NCBI GenBank assembly: GCA_034780895.1
Contig: JAUZTB010000065.1
Span: 15,489,471-15,553,470 of the forward strand
DNA length: 64,000 nt
Direction of reading: 5' to 3'
Source: Rhynchobatus australiae
Lineage: Eukaryota
Shown here: piece by piece, positions 1 to 12,580 of the stretch
How positions within the stretch are numbered: the first letter of the stretch is position 1
Layout of the letters: each line of letters begins with the position of its first letter
Notes under the pieces: model-generated
Database searches by the model: none
What the model was told of the DNA's origin: nothing
Seen by the model: the letters and a program-made list of their open reading frames with translations, nothing else
Translations under genes and position numbers: made by a program

Positions 1-759
1 TCTCCTTCCCCCTCACCCACCCAGCTCTCACCCACTGCCCTGCACACCCTACCTCCTCCCTGCGTCCTTACAATGTTGAAATGAGAACTCCTCACACCCT
101 CTCTGAATCCAGTTCATTCTCTTTGAAGGCTACAAATTGCTCCATTTTCACTTCCCCCTGAAATGCGAAGGCCTTTCAAGGGTTTCTTTTTGTTCACTGT
201 TTTAACATACAAGTAGCCTGCAGGGTTTAAAATGGGTCTGTTGATCTCTCCCGAGTCTTCTGTTCCATGATACTCTGTCCTCTGGGATGGCAATCTGTCA
301 TTTCCTCTGTCATCTCTCACAAATACCTTCCAGTCATGATTTGCCCATATTTCTAAAGCAGATGTTACAATGTTGGAACTAGAGAAGCCAGTTGTACCAA
401 AGCACAAGCCCATGCTCAGCTCAAATTTCTCATATTGTCTGATGTTAATCCAGCCGACGAGGCAATCCTTCAATTTACAAAATAACGGCGCTCATCCTAA
501 AATGAAGTATCTTGGACTATAATAACAGGTACATCTATTTCCTTTAATCTTACACTGTGTTTCAGAGATTGACATCTCCGTCCTAGATATTTGTGTACAG
601 TAATCAACAGAACCTTAGCTAAACAGACACAGACACAAAGATGATTATAATGTGTCATTTGTGGGTTAATAAGCAAAATGAAGTGTGTCACATACAACAT
701 GTATATTGGAATGTTCCCTAATTTCCATTCACCTATCACCTATAGGCCCAGTGAACTTA

Positions 760-990
760 ACTTACCCCTAAATACAACACCTAAATTCAAAATTTCTCAT
801 TCTTGTTTCCAAATCCTTTGCCTCTCCCACCTCATGCCTTTCTAACCTTTGTAACTTCCACTAGCCCTGCAAATCCTCCACGATCTTTACGTCTATTATA
901 GCCTTCTGCACATCAACCATTCCCATTGCTCTACCATCAGAAGCTGAGAAACAGCCAGTAACACTAAGTAATTTTCCTCCCCTCTAACTG
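760..990 (+). mobile_element. Decayed L2-type LINE 3' fragment
   Basis: Resembles the L2 3' region (tttaaaattctcatccttgttttcaaatcc...ccctgca...). Similar pieces occur at 6640-7170 and 20640-21040. Confidence 0.45.
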
Positions 991-2619
991 ACTTCACACG
1001 TTCTGAGATCAGTGATTGTACACAGGGTCAATGTTAAGACCAAGACTCTGGTTTCTGGGCTGACTGTGAGCTGAGCTTCTTGGTGGGGCGGGGGGGGGGG
1101 GGAAGGGTAGAGGGTGGGAGATAGCAAGCTGCACAACCCGGCAGTGAAACTGAGCAATGACTTTGCAAAGGAAATCAGATCCTAGCCAGACCTTCAACAG
1201 CAACAAAATAAATAAAAAGCCTTGAAGTCCTGGAACTTACAGAAGAAGCATTGAAACAATGCAAATAATACTGGCTGTCTTGGAGTTATTTCCACAGTGA
1301 CAGCTCTCGGATGCTAGGCAACCCTTGCCACTCTGCTTGACCTTTCCCTTGCTGTGACCCTTGTTAAACCGTAGCTGAAGACAATTATTTCTTGGCATTT
1401 GTTTTCCTTTGGTTAGGGGGCCACAGTATTGGACACAGACTGTGTCAGAGCTGCTGGCATGGAATTTAGTTGTTCCATCCATTTTCAACAACTGCTGCTC
1501 ATAAAGTGGGGGGTTGGGTGTAGGTGGTGGGCGGTGGTGGGGGAACCTGGTGTTTAGTCTGAACACAAGCCTGATCTCTGATTACGCGACACCAGTCTTT
1601 TGCTGTCGTTGGAAGCTTATTGAGAGAGAGAGAGGCAGCTGCAGAGAACACAATGGAAATTCATTCTTGATCACATGTGCTACATGCACAATATGGTGTT
1701 GTACGCATGTTGTACTCTGCTTCCAGAATTCAGGTCTATCTAACTGAAGATAGTACAATATGCATATGTTGTTGCAATGTGCCTACAGCACATGTGGCCA
1801 AGGACAAATTTCAACCTTAATGTCTGTTGAAAAGAGTCTTGAATAAGACTCTCAATATTTCAGCCTCACAAAAAAGGGGGTGGAATACAGAAACATAACA
1901 TAAGCAATCGTGTGCAAAATGGTGTCAACCATACCTTTACCTCTGAACCTCAATGTTTTGGATTCAACTCCCTGTCTGGAGACCAGAGCAAAAAATTCTA
2001 ACTTGCACTTGCAGAACAGTATCAAGTAAGTTGTGCACTGCTGGAAGTTCTGTTGGCAGGATGGGATAATGAATGTGCTCACCTAGATGTTCTAAGAGAT
2101 CCCATTTACTATTTCAAAGAGGGCAATGGGGGTGCAATTTCCCTTGGAAAAAGCCAGTATTTATCTCTCAACCAACACTACCAAAAATAGAGGGTTGAAG
2201 TACCTAAAGGATTCACCTGAAGCATTGGTGGGACTTGGACCAAATCTTCTGATTACTGGAAACTACTTTAAGTAAACTTCAGTGGCAGAGTAATGATGGG
2301 TTGTTTGTTTCTTGAGAAAGAAGATGCTTAAGTGCACTTGTTTGCCATTTGCCACTGCCTAAACTTTGTCCAGAATTAGCTGATTTCAAGTCATTTAGTT
2401 GTTTGGAAGGACTACAGTTAAATACAGTGTTCATGAACAATGAAGAAGATGTGATGGGGTTGGGATATGTAGGATGGTGTTGGTGAGGGCTGGAAGGGAG
2501 TTGGGTGCAGTGGCAACCAATGCTCTTGCCAAGAATTATTATTCTGTAATTCCAATGCTGCCATTTAATTTAGTGACCTCAAAGTTATGTAGACTTGGGA
2601 GAAAGGAATCCTGAACAGG

Positions 2620-3015
2620 CTAAAGAACTTATATTTATATTGTGTCCATCTTGACCTCAAGACTTTCCAAAGCATTTCGATCTGGGCTCACTACTCCATG
2701 ATAGGAAATCCAGCACCAATTTATTTGGAGCAAGCTCTCACAAACAGCAGTGACCAATTCATCTAGTTATAGTGCTGTTGGGTAAGAGGAAATACTGAAG
2801 GGGTTATAGTGAGAACCCATTCTCTTCCTCAAAATAATGTGATGCAGACAGGGCATTAGTTTAACCTTTAATCCGAGAAACGGCACTTGCAATAGGACAG
2901 AACCCCAGCAGCAGGAGGGCTATCCCAGATTATGTGCTCTGGTTCATTGTACGTGATTTAATCCAACCACCTTCAGGATTCAAAGAAAGGGGTGTTACCA
3001 CCAGTGAGCCACTGC
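2620..3015 (-). mobile_element. Deu-domain tRNA-derived SINE (SacSINE1/AmnSINE-like), decayed
   Basis: Reverse-complement similarity to the copy at 15890-16315 (cagcaagctctcacaaacagca; tail ending atatttatattgtg). Confidence 0.6.
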
Positions 3016-4689
3016 TTGACATGCAGCATGTAAACTCAGGATCAAACTAAATGGCATTAGTTAAATGGTCAGTGCATAGTGGGCTGATGAATACTTGTTT
3101 AAGAGACTATTAGCACATAATTCAATAGTGCATGAGGCCCAAGGTGTTGGGTGCTGCTGAAGTGATGTTACACAGGGAAAGCCCTTTCCTTTAAACACTT
3201 TACTGTTGCTGAAAATCAAAAGGAAATCAGGTAAACCCAGGTCAAAGTGAACGAGGGAGAGATCCTCTTGGTGTTGAGGCTTGATAGAAGGGGTTGATAT
3301 CTAAGGATCCATAATGGGCTGGACAGTCTGAGGAGATTGAGGATCAGCAGTGCGATCATAGGGTGAGTCTGAGGGTGTTGATTCTGGAAAGTTAGAGTGG
3401 GATAGGGATTGGGAAAGGGAATGGTAGTCAAAGGGAGATTTGCTTTGGAGAAAGGTAGGGGAATTGATAAATGCATTGGTAATGGGTCATCTGGTTAGTG
3501 GATTCGTTGATGGGGCTTGGTTGGCGGATCATTGAGGGTTAGAATGGGACTGGTATGGGGGTCCCTAAGGGAGCACCCTTGGTGGGTTCCCAGCTCTTGA
3601 CTCTCTGGTAATGGACAGGTAAGGCATGTCTCACTAGTGTTGTGAAGATGCATTGTTGGGCACACTGTCCATGGCATTGAAAACATGGAAGCATCCAAGC
3701 AGGCCCAACACACTCCTGGTTGATACTGCCCCCATCCAGGCTTCTCTGTTAGTGTGTCAGACACATGGAGGATCCAAAAGGTAAAGTTGCTGACTTGGTG
3801 CAGTAAATCCCAAATTCTCATGACAAAGCATGGCATAATGTGGTTCAGTTTCTAAGCACTGCTGTTTGTGCTGAGCACTTGCAATGATCCCCATCTGCCT
3901 CCGCAGAACAGATCAGCTGGTTGTTTCCTGTGGAATCTTTCACCCATCACATAACGTCAGCCAGTGGAAAATAAAGCTCCACAGCATAGAATAATTGAAC
4001 ACACAGATGGTGAAGTTTCTCTGACAGCCTCAGCTCCATCAGTTGCACACGTGCTGTCAAAACCACTGCTGTGTGTTTGAGCCTACTCCGTGACTCCCAT
4101 CTCATGGGGTGGATGCCATGGAGTAGCACTGAGGACAGGTGTTTGAGTCTGGGATTTGGGGTGCGCGGGGGGAGGTCACTATATGTTGGAATCAAGCATG
4201 GTGAAAAACCAAAGCCCTACTTGCCATTAAAAGACCCCTAGGCTTTTTTTTGGAAAAGATTTCCCACCTATCCTTCACCTAACCCCATACAGAGATTAGT
4301 TGATACCCTCTGCCACTTGTGGGATCTTGTTGTGCGCAAAACAATCTCTCCTGCATTATCCTATATTTCAACTACTACACTTCATGGTAATTGATTGCAT
4401 ATGAAGTGCTTTGGGGTGCCCCTAAGAAACTTGGTTATGTCCTATATAAATACAAGGCTTTCTTTTAGTTCCAGGCCGATGTAAACATGTGGATTCAAAA
4501 GTGACAGGGTAGCACCAAGCAGCACTTTAAAGAGGCCTTTAATTAATAAACTAAAACACTTTCTCTCAGACGTTCTATCCTTCCCTCGGATTTTTTTCCT
4601 CTCCAGATTCCTGCCACCATTCCCCAGACACCTCATTTATCATGGTAAGTTGAACTCGTGCTTACAACTGGATGGCAACAGATACCCAT

Positions 4690-5100
4690 CTTGTGAGGGA
4701 GGAGGGGGCGGGACGGGTGAAGGGGGAGAGGAGAGGCAGACAAGCCACATTCCTCGGGAGGCCACTGCCGCTGGCTCTGTAGTCTCAGCAGCTGTTGTGT
4801 TCTTTGCTAACAGCCTCACTCCCTCTGTCCCCCTTCCCTATTTTTTTCAAAAACATTCAAAGCTGACTACAATTTATAGAGGTCGGCAGGAGCTAAGCAA
4901 AGATTGTTGAAGGGGGAGGGAGAGGAAGAATGCTTTTTTTTCCGACACCTAGTCTGTAAAGAAAATATTGAATAGCGTTCGGGGATTTGCAAGCGACCCC
5001 GGGCAGTATGCTAAGAATCTCTGCAAGACACAATTCACTTCAAAGCTCACACAGCCATTCTAGGAATCAGCTCAGTCGGTCTGTGTTATAAAGCTGAATA
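4690..5100. promoter_or_regulatory. Promoter/enhancer-like non-repeat block
   Basis: GC box ggagggggcgggac near 4700-4715, purine-rich tracts, retained CpGs and an ACTACAAT motif near 4866. Confidence 0.4.
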
Positions 5101-5339
5101 TCTTTTCATGTAAAAGTTTATTTTATTGTTTTTTGATCATTTTGTTAAGATTTCCTTGCACCACATTTTTTTAAAATCTCTTTTGAACTTTGGAAGTTCT
5201 GCTACCCCAGGGAATAATTAGACAATTCTATTATCTTTCCAGCATTTTCACATGCCAAGGATGGAAGCCCCTCCACTGAGGCTGTTGCTTACACTTTGCT
5301 CAGTGCTGTATTAAGCCAGTCAGGGCAGTAAAACCAAGT

Positions 5340-5710
5340 TTAAGCTGAAGTTCAGTGGGGAGTCAGAGCTAGAATATTATGGGCTCAATCTCTACTCCAA
5401 TCCACAGTACAGTACAGAGGGAGCACAATACTGTTGAAATTGCAGTTTGAAAGGCAGCATCTTTCCACTAAGTTTTAAACAGTGTTGAGTGTTAAAGATT
5501 TCATGGCACTATCTGGAGGAAGAGTCCTGACCAATATTTATCCCACAGCCAACATCACTAAAAAACAGATGATCCAGCCATGCACACATTTGTTACATGT
5601 GGGACTATGCTGTGTGCAAATTGGCTGAACTTCAAAACTAATTCATTATCCGTGAAGTTCTTTAAGACTCCCCGATGACATAAAAAGTGCATTAACCATG
5701 CAAGTTCTTC
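5340..5710 (+). mobile_element. Deu-domain SINE, decayed
   Basis: atggcactat...gaagagtcctgaccaatatttatcccacagccaacatcactaaaaaacagat...gtgtgcaaattggctg...tgcaagttcttc. Confidence 0.65.
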
Positions 5711-5773
5711 CTGGCTTCTCTGAGTTGGCTAGTCTCAGCTCAGGGTCTTACTATTGGCTGCTGGGCTGGGGAA

Positions 5774-6058
5774 TAGAGATTTGTGAAAGGCCAGCATTTA
5801 AAGCTGACCTGACCTACCCAAACCTGACACACATGATCAGATCCTGTTGGGCTTGGGTCATGTAGGCAAGCTCTAAATAGCTGTAGTACATTTATTGATG
5901 AAGAGCCAGCCCTGCCTGATTTGACCTGACCCCAAGGACTTATCATTTTTTTTTGATACCCGACCAGACCTAAATCTGACACATACAGTTGGATCTTAAT
6001 GGGCTACATTCAGTTAGCCAGCCCCAACTGGGTCTCCTGCACGTGTGCAGACTTTAAG
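5774..6058. mobile_element. Non-autonomous DNA transposon-like element (hAT-like) with ACCTG/ACCCG subterminal repeats
   Basis: Repeated tgacctgacc/cccgaccagacc units and ends tagag.../gcagacttta. Related sequence at about 17590-17920. Confidence 0.4.
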
Positions 6059-6084
6059 AGAATATAATCTGGAAAATGAAAATT

Positions 6085-6296
6085 GCTGATCTTGGAAATC
6101 TGAAATAAAAACAGAAAATGCTGGAACTACTCAACAGAACAGGTTGCATGTGTGGAGAGGGAAATTGGGNNNNNNNNNNNNNNNNNNNNNNNNNNNNNNN
6201 NNNNNNNNNNNNNNNNNNNNNNNNNNNNNNNNNNNNNNNNNNNNNNNNNNNNNNNNNNNNNNNNNNNNNAAAGTTTCAGGTCATTTTCTGTTTTTA
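6085..6296. mobile_element. Palindromic Penelope-derived short element spanning an N gap
   Basis: gaaatctgaaataaaaacagaaaatgctggaactactcaacagaacagg...[N]...cattttctgttttta: inverted arms on both sides of the gap. Confidence 0.55.
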
Positions 6297-6639
6297 TATA
6301 ACACCGTCCTGGAGTTGACTGTGAAGCCTAACGCAGCCCACCAACCTTCAGAGGCTAAGTCAGGCCTCAAATGAATACATTATAACATCACACAGAGATA
6401 TTTCAAGCACATGTGCAAAAATATTTCTTCAAGTACTTGGGAGGTATTCAGATGTCTTCTGTCCATCCCCACTGTAGTTAATATTTACATCAAGACACTG
6501 GGGGTGTCTCGTATCTGTGGAAGCTATAATCTGAGGTGACAGTGTGCTTCAGTGAGCCAACACCCCACAATCAAACACTGACTCTCCATTGCCAACACCT
6601 CCTCCCTCCAACCTCCTTAATGTTACCCTTCTCCAGCCT

Positions 6640-7170
6640 GGCCTCAGCTCATCCGCTGATGCCAAAAGTCTCATCCGTGCCTTTCTCATGTTGAGTCTCA
6701 ATATTCCATAGCACTCTTGACCAGCCACACATCTTCCAATCTCTATCCACTAGCTCATCCAAACCATACTGTATTCTGTCTCACTCAGTTGCCAAGCAAT
6801 GACCTGCATTGGATCGTGGTTTCCCCAGTGCCTCAAATTCTCCTTCTTGTGCTGAACCCCCTCCATTGCCCCCTTTCTTTCTACCTCTTAAATCCCACCA
6901 TTGCTGTAATATCTTTTCTTTGCTTTGTATTTTCTAACTCTGCCCCCCAAATCCACCCCCCTTTACTCTACCATTGGAGTCAGTGCCTTATGATGCCCAG
7001 ACCATATAGAGTGGACTTCCTTTTTTGAGGTGCTCCACCTAGACCTTCCATAAATCTATTGCTTTAGGTGAAGGTTCAGGGCACCCTTATCTCCTCTTTG
7101 AGATCAGTGTTCATTTTTATCCCCCCTTGTGTTTCAGTACAGCATTGTGGGACCCTTGTCACTGTGAATG
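6640..7170 (+). mobile_element. Decayed L2-type LINE 3' fragment
   Basis: ctcatccgtgcctttctc..., gacctgcattggatcgtggtt...caaattctccttcttgtg. Confidence 0.5.
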
Positions 7171-8119
7171 TAAGATGCTGCTCACTCCTACAACAAGTAG
7201 TGCACACCATCACTGAGGCATTGCAATGTTGTGGGGGTGCAGGGGGTGGGGTGCCTCACAAAACACAGTCGCCCTGACAACTGAGAATGGCTTTGATTAA
7301 ACTGTAATGGCAGGACAACAACGGCTGCTCCACAGGCAGCAGCGAGCAAAAAAACAACAAGAATCAGATCTGACAGGAGCCTCTTCAAAGGACCAGCCAC
7401 TCACACTGCTTTTGTTCAAAGTTTCAATCAGTTCTCAAATATCTCTGGGTGCTGTCCTCAATTGCAGCATAAAGCCAGATATCTAGGCACACAAGACATC
7501 TTAACAAGCCAGTTAATATAAACTGTGTCTGACAGAGGCTCTTTAATAATGTACACGTACACACAGACTGTTTATCTGACCTGACTGTAGATCCAAGTAC
7601 ACTCGCTGTCTCCTCACTACTTGGGATATTTGATGTCTTACATGATTTTGAATCATCCATCAAAGAGCTACATGTCATACCTCTCAAAGGAATCAAATGA
7701 TTTGTTATTTGCTTATTTTTTTATAAAAAAAACCTACACATTCCTTTAATGGCTCAATTTTAAAAAAGAACAGCCTACATGGAAAAATAACCTAGACACC
7801 CCAGGATGGCCACTGGTTAGCAGTAAGGCAACTTGATAGGTAATGGCTCTTGCTTAACAGATAGTCCTCTGGATCCAGTTCCCTTCAACATCCTGCTGAA
7901 TGGGTGACCCTGGAGATACAAGTCAAGATGAGGAATTTGGCTGGCAATCAGGAACAGGAATCAAGGCTGCATTTTCCCCCTCTTAAGCCTGGGGACAGAT
8001 TGACTATAAAGTAAACCTTGCCTGTGCAGCAGTACGATACACTCAGGTATGATCCCAGATTGTTGTTAGGGCTACTGACACACAAATGAAAGCTGTTGAA
8101 CTATAGAAGATGTATAGAA

Positions 8120-8390
8120 TGGGAGAAAATATATGACATTGAAGGAGACTATTCAGCTTGTTAAGTCTCTACCAGTTGAAAAAGAGCTATAAACTTCACC
8201 TCACTTTCCAAAATCATAGCTCTGCTAAGTAATGGGTCTTCAAATACATAACCAAGTACTGTTTAAATGTGATGAAGGTTTCTACCTCCATCAGTTTTCC
8301 AGGCAATGAGCTTCAGACCCCTAAGGTTCTCTGGGCAAAAAATATTTTCCTCACCTTCCCCCTAATTCTTTGACCAACTATTTTAAAATA
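8120..8390 (-). mobile_element. CR1-type LINE 3' fragment
   Basis: ggcaatgagcttcagacccctaagg..ctctggg..aaaa..ttttcctcacctt, the reverse of the FFTQRVV..WNSLP region. Confidence 0.55.
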
Positions 8391-8769
8391 TCACAAACAA
8401 AGAAAAAGGCTTGCTTCCTTTCCAATTTTTTTCTATTATTATATGTGAGAGAGAAAATAAGATCTGTTGCCATTGGTGACTTCCAAGAAAATTGCCAGAT
8501 TTTGATGATTTTCCAACTTAGCTATGCTGCTTTTATGTGATTTTAAGATGTCACTCTCATTAACACAATCATCTCATAACACAGTTAAGTCTGTATAATC
8601 TAACTAAATACAAAGAACCAATAAATGGATTAGTAAAGAACTTTNNNNNNNNNNNNNNNNNTATTAGGCCTGACAAGTCAGTTCCTGTTTGATAAATAAG
8701 CAACCTTCTGCCCATTTGCTTTAATCTCACCAACCTATTTCCACGTTAAATTCCCGAATCCTGTGCAAC

Positions 8770-9160
8770 CATCCAAGAAAGAAAGACATACATTTATAAA
8801 GCACCTCTAAAGCTTCAGGACATCTCCATAGTTTACAGCTAATTAAATACTTCTGTTGTACTCTTGCAATGTAGTAAATGCTGAACAAAGAGTAATAAAT
8901 AGCAACCAAATCAACTGTTTTTAATGATACCATGAACAACATCTTCAAAATAGGCTCATGTGAACTTATTCATCTACTTGAGAAGGCAAGCTGGCTCTTG
9001 ATTTAATCTCTCACCAAAAGGGAGCACCTCCAATAATACAGCACTCTGACAGAACTGTAAAGCAGCCTCAGCCTAAATTTTTGTGCTCAAGTTTCGAGTG
9101 CATGACTCAAATCTTCTAACTCAAGAGGCAATAATCCCACTAACTGAACCATGGCTGAAA
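8770..9160 (-). mobile_element. Deu-domain SINE, decayed
   Basis: aaagacatacatttataaagcacct...tttgtgctcaagt..actcaagaggc...ccactaactgaaccatggctga (tRNA-like head in reverse). Confidence 0.6.
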
Positions 9161-9424
9161 ATTCACCCTCAATCCCACCTGCCCACCTGGAAATGTCCCC
9201 ACCCTAAACTTTCTGTTTTGCTTCCAGCTTGGTCACTTGTAGCTTCTGCAGCTGATATTTGAAACTTTCAGCACAGGGAATATTGCAAGTACAAGGTGAA
9301 AGGGAATCCTGAAGATGCATGGAATACAGGATCCTGTTTGAATAAGACTTGATGTGACCAGAAACAACTGGAGGAATTGGGGACATAATCCTTCGCACCC
9401 CTGGCCTGACTATTATCTGTGACT

Positions 9425-9650
9425 AAAAACAAAATACTCAAAACCCTCAGAAGGTCAGGCTACATCTGTGGAAGGAGAAACAGTGAACATTATTGGTTCA
9501 GTACCTCTTGTTAGAACTCTGAAATAAATCTGAAAAAGGGTGTTGGACCTGAAATGTTAGTCGTTCCTCTTTCTACAGATGCTGCCTGCCCTGCTGAGTA
9601 TTTGCACCATTTCTGTATTTATTTCAGATTTCTAGCATCTGCAGTTTTTT
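9425..9650. mobile_element. Palindromic Penelope-derived short element with hammerhead-like core
   Basis: Inverted arms ctcagaaggtcaggctacatctgtggaagg / cctctttctacagatgctgcctgccctgctgag. Core CTGAAAA-A-GGGTG-TTG-GACCT-GAAA at 9530-9554. Confidence 0.65.
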
Positions 9651-10594
9651 TTAAATTTTCTAATATTTGTGCCGATTCCCCTCTGTGCTATTCTGTACTA
9701 TAAAAGGCTTCACATAAAATAAAGAAGATTCCAAATTTCTGCAGAACCGTTAATATTCTTAGGACATCCTAATTTGTTTTACTGTGAAGTGCAGTAACTG
9801 TAAAATGCTCCTTCTTTGCTTGATTGGCAAACCCAGGGGCAATTTATACACAGCAAGCTCCTACCAACTGCAAGTGAGATACACGACCAGTTAATGTGTT
9901 TGGTGACGTTGACTGAAGGTGCAGTCTGGTGTCGGCATCAAGAGAACTAGCCCCCACATCTTTTCATAGTGCCTCTTTTGCACCAGTTTCCTATGACATT
10001 GAACCCTCTAAAACTTGTGCTGGCCTCTTATTTTTGACATTAGCACCCTGTAATGCACCTCCAACATTCTCTATCTTCATTCCATAACAATCAATCTTTT
10101 TCTGAACACTCCCTTTAGAATGAACCCATTCGTGAGGGAGCTTTTCAATAAGTGACTGAACTAAAATCTATCAGCCAAATTATGACATTAACCTAAGCAA
10201 AGTGAAGGTGAAATTTGAAGGGGAAAATTAAAAGGAGAACAGATCTAATTGTCCACCCAATAACAAGTAACAGATTTGCAGCACATGTTAGCCTGTCTAG
10301 ACCACACAGCCTGGCACCCAGTGAGAATCTCACTTCAGTTGGTTACTGGCTTTGAGCCCAACAGTTTCATAAAGAAACAGAGCTTATATTCTGGATGTCT
10401 GTGATATAAAAAGAAGGCTGACACGTGGGCTGAAGTGAAAGGCCATGTACTCGACCGGGGTTACTGTGTTAATGCAAATGGTATTTTGGCACTCACGGAA
10501 GTATTGGGAGTGAATTGGACTCTGGACAAAGATGCAAATGGCACTGAAAATACTAAAAGACATCACCTGCATTGACAGACTGCCCTTTTCGGCC

Positions 10595-10830
10595 TCAGGA
10601 CTTCCCAAAGGAGTTCACATTTTGAAGTGCTGTCACTGTTGTAATGTAGTTGTAATGTAGTGAAATGCAGTAGACAGCTTATACACAGCAAGATCCCAGA
10701 AAAAAAGCAATGGGATAACTGCCAGATCATCTGTATTAGTGATTTTGCTTGAGGGATGTTAGTCGTGGAAAATTTGATGACCCCCCCCCGATGATTTGAA
10801 CACCAGGAAGAACTCTTCTTTGGTTAGAGC
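10595..10830 (-). mobile_element. Deu-domain SINE, decayed
   Basis: caggacttcccaaag...tttgaagtgctgtcactgttgtaatgtag...cacagcaagatccca. Confidence 0.65.
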
Positions 10831-11317
10831 CACAAGGCCTTTCTGAAAGACCTCAAGAATGAGAGATAGAATGACACAAAATTAAGATGGACTAGGATTT
10901 ATCTTTAAGAATAAACAGCTCATTTTTGCTGAAGTATTTCTCTCTGAGTGGAATGGTTGATGCTATGGTTTAGAAAGACAATTGCCATTTTACCTCAAAA
11001 CCTTGTTTCACTTCCAATTTGGTGGCATGAATGAAAGTGCAATGAACTTGACGGCTGTTCAGATTCAGGAATAAAGTACACATGCTATTCAGCTTCTGCT
11101 GGATGTGAATCTATAGAGCATAAATTGGATTTAAAGATATTAACATGGGGGAAGAGTAGGAATCAAATGTATTATGCCACACAAGCCCTCTGTGTGTGTG
11201 TAATTGCAGGTAAGTAAAATCAGGAATTTGATCCTGGAACCAAAAGGTGCGAGTTCAAACCCCACTCTTGACCTGAAGCATGCAACCTAGGCTGGTGTCA
11301 TTGATAATAATAGAGAA

Positions 11318-11508
11318 TCATGGAAATACTCAGCAGATCTCCAGCACCTGTGCAGAGAAAAAACATTTCATCTTTCAGATCACTGATCTTTTGTCAGAAC
11401 AGTTAATTCTCTTCCTCTCTCCACAGATGCTGCCTGGCCTGCTGAGAAATTCCAGCATTTGCTGTTTTTATTTCAGATTTACAGCATCTGCAATTTTTGC
11501 TTTTTGAT
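11318..11508. mobile_element. Palindromic Penelope-derived element nested in a Deu-SINE (about 11230-11735)
   Basis: Arms ggaaatactcagcag...gtgcagagaaa / ctctccacagatgctgcctggcctgctgagaaattcc. Minus-strand core at 11373-11397. SINE head (B-box gagttcaaacc) lies upstream and the Deu body downstream. Confidence 0.7.
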
Positions 11509-11754
11509 TCGTTGTAGCGATGGAATGTGGAAGTGAAGTCCCATTTGCTAATTAAGACTGATGCTAAAGATCTCATGGCACTATATGAAGAAGAGCTGGG
11601 CTGTTTCCGCCTACAATATTCCTGACTGAGTTTTTACCTCATTGCTGTTTGTAGGATCTCCCTGAGTTCAAATTGTCTGCAACATTGGTGTCTGCAAAAC
11701 TATGGTGACTGAACTCAAAAGCACTTTAGGATCGGGGAAGTCCCAAGCAGGAAA

Positions 11755-12580
11755 GAATCATAGAGTTATACGGCACAGAAATGGGCCCTTCGGCCTATCA
11801 CGTCCATGCTGGCCGTTTTGACCAGCTACCCTAATCCCATTTGCCAGCACTAGGTCCATATCCTTCTTTGCCTTTCCTATCTAATTGCCGGCCTAAATGT
11901 CTCTTAAATATAGTGATTGTATCAGACTCCACCCCTTCTCTGGCAGTGAGTTTTAGATACCAGTCACTCTCAGTTTAACAACTTTCTCACCAAATCCTCT
12001 TTAAAACTCCTTCTTCTCATCTTAAACCTATGCCCTCTTTTTTGGATACCCCTACTATGGGATAAAAATTCTGACTATCTGCCTTACCTATGCCTCTTAT
12101 AATTTTATACCTCTCCATCAGGTCACCCTTCAGCCTTCTTCACTCCAGGTAAAACAAGCTCGGCCTATCCAATCTCTCCCAATTCCTAAAGTTCTTCAAT
12201 CCATTCAATTTCTCAAGCAGTTTGTTTTTTTGCCCCAACTTTTACATTCAATGCCGTAATCTATGAAGGCAAGCAGTCCAAATGCCTTCTTCACCTCACC
12301 GTCTACCTATGTTGACACTTTCAGGGAAATATGGACTTAAGTCCGAAGGTCCCTCTGTTCATCAACATTGCTTAGCCCCTACCATTTGCTGCATATATCC
12401 TCTCCCTATTTGACTTCTCAAAATGCATCGCCTCACATTTGTCAGGATTAAATTCCATCTGCCAATGCTCTGCTTATCTTTCCAGATGATCTGTATCCTG
12501 CTGTGGCCTTAGACAGCCTTTCTCACTAACCACAACAGTGCCAACTTTTGTGTCATCCGCAAACTTACTAATCATACCCC
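11755..12580 (-). mobile_element. CR1/HER1-type LINE 3' half (RT C-terminus and tail)
   Basis: ttgtgtcatccgcaaactt is the reverse of KFADDTK. gaatcatagagttatacggcacagaaatgggcccttcggcc is the typical tail. Confidence 0.8.

Noticed and set aside
1237-1566. Minus ORF containing GNNSKTAS, reminiscent of FOXP4 GNNDSKQSAS
   Set aside because: There is no ALQVARQ..LQQ context or fitting splice sites, so this looks coincidental. The next exon is probably beyond position 1.
7188-7400. 70-aa hydrophobic ORF resembling a signal peptide
   Set aside because: Non-ATG start, no recognisable family, and it overlaps an enhancer-like block.
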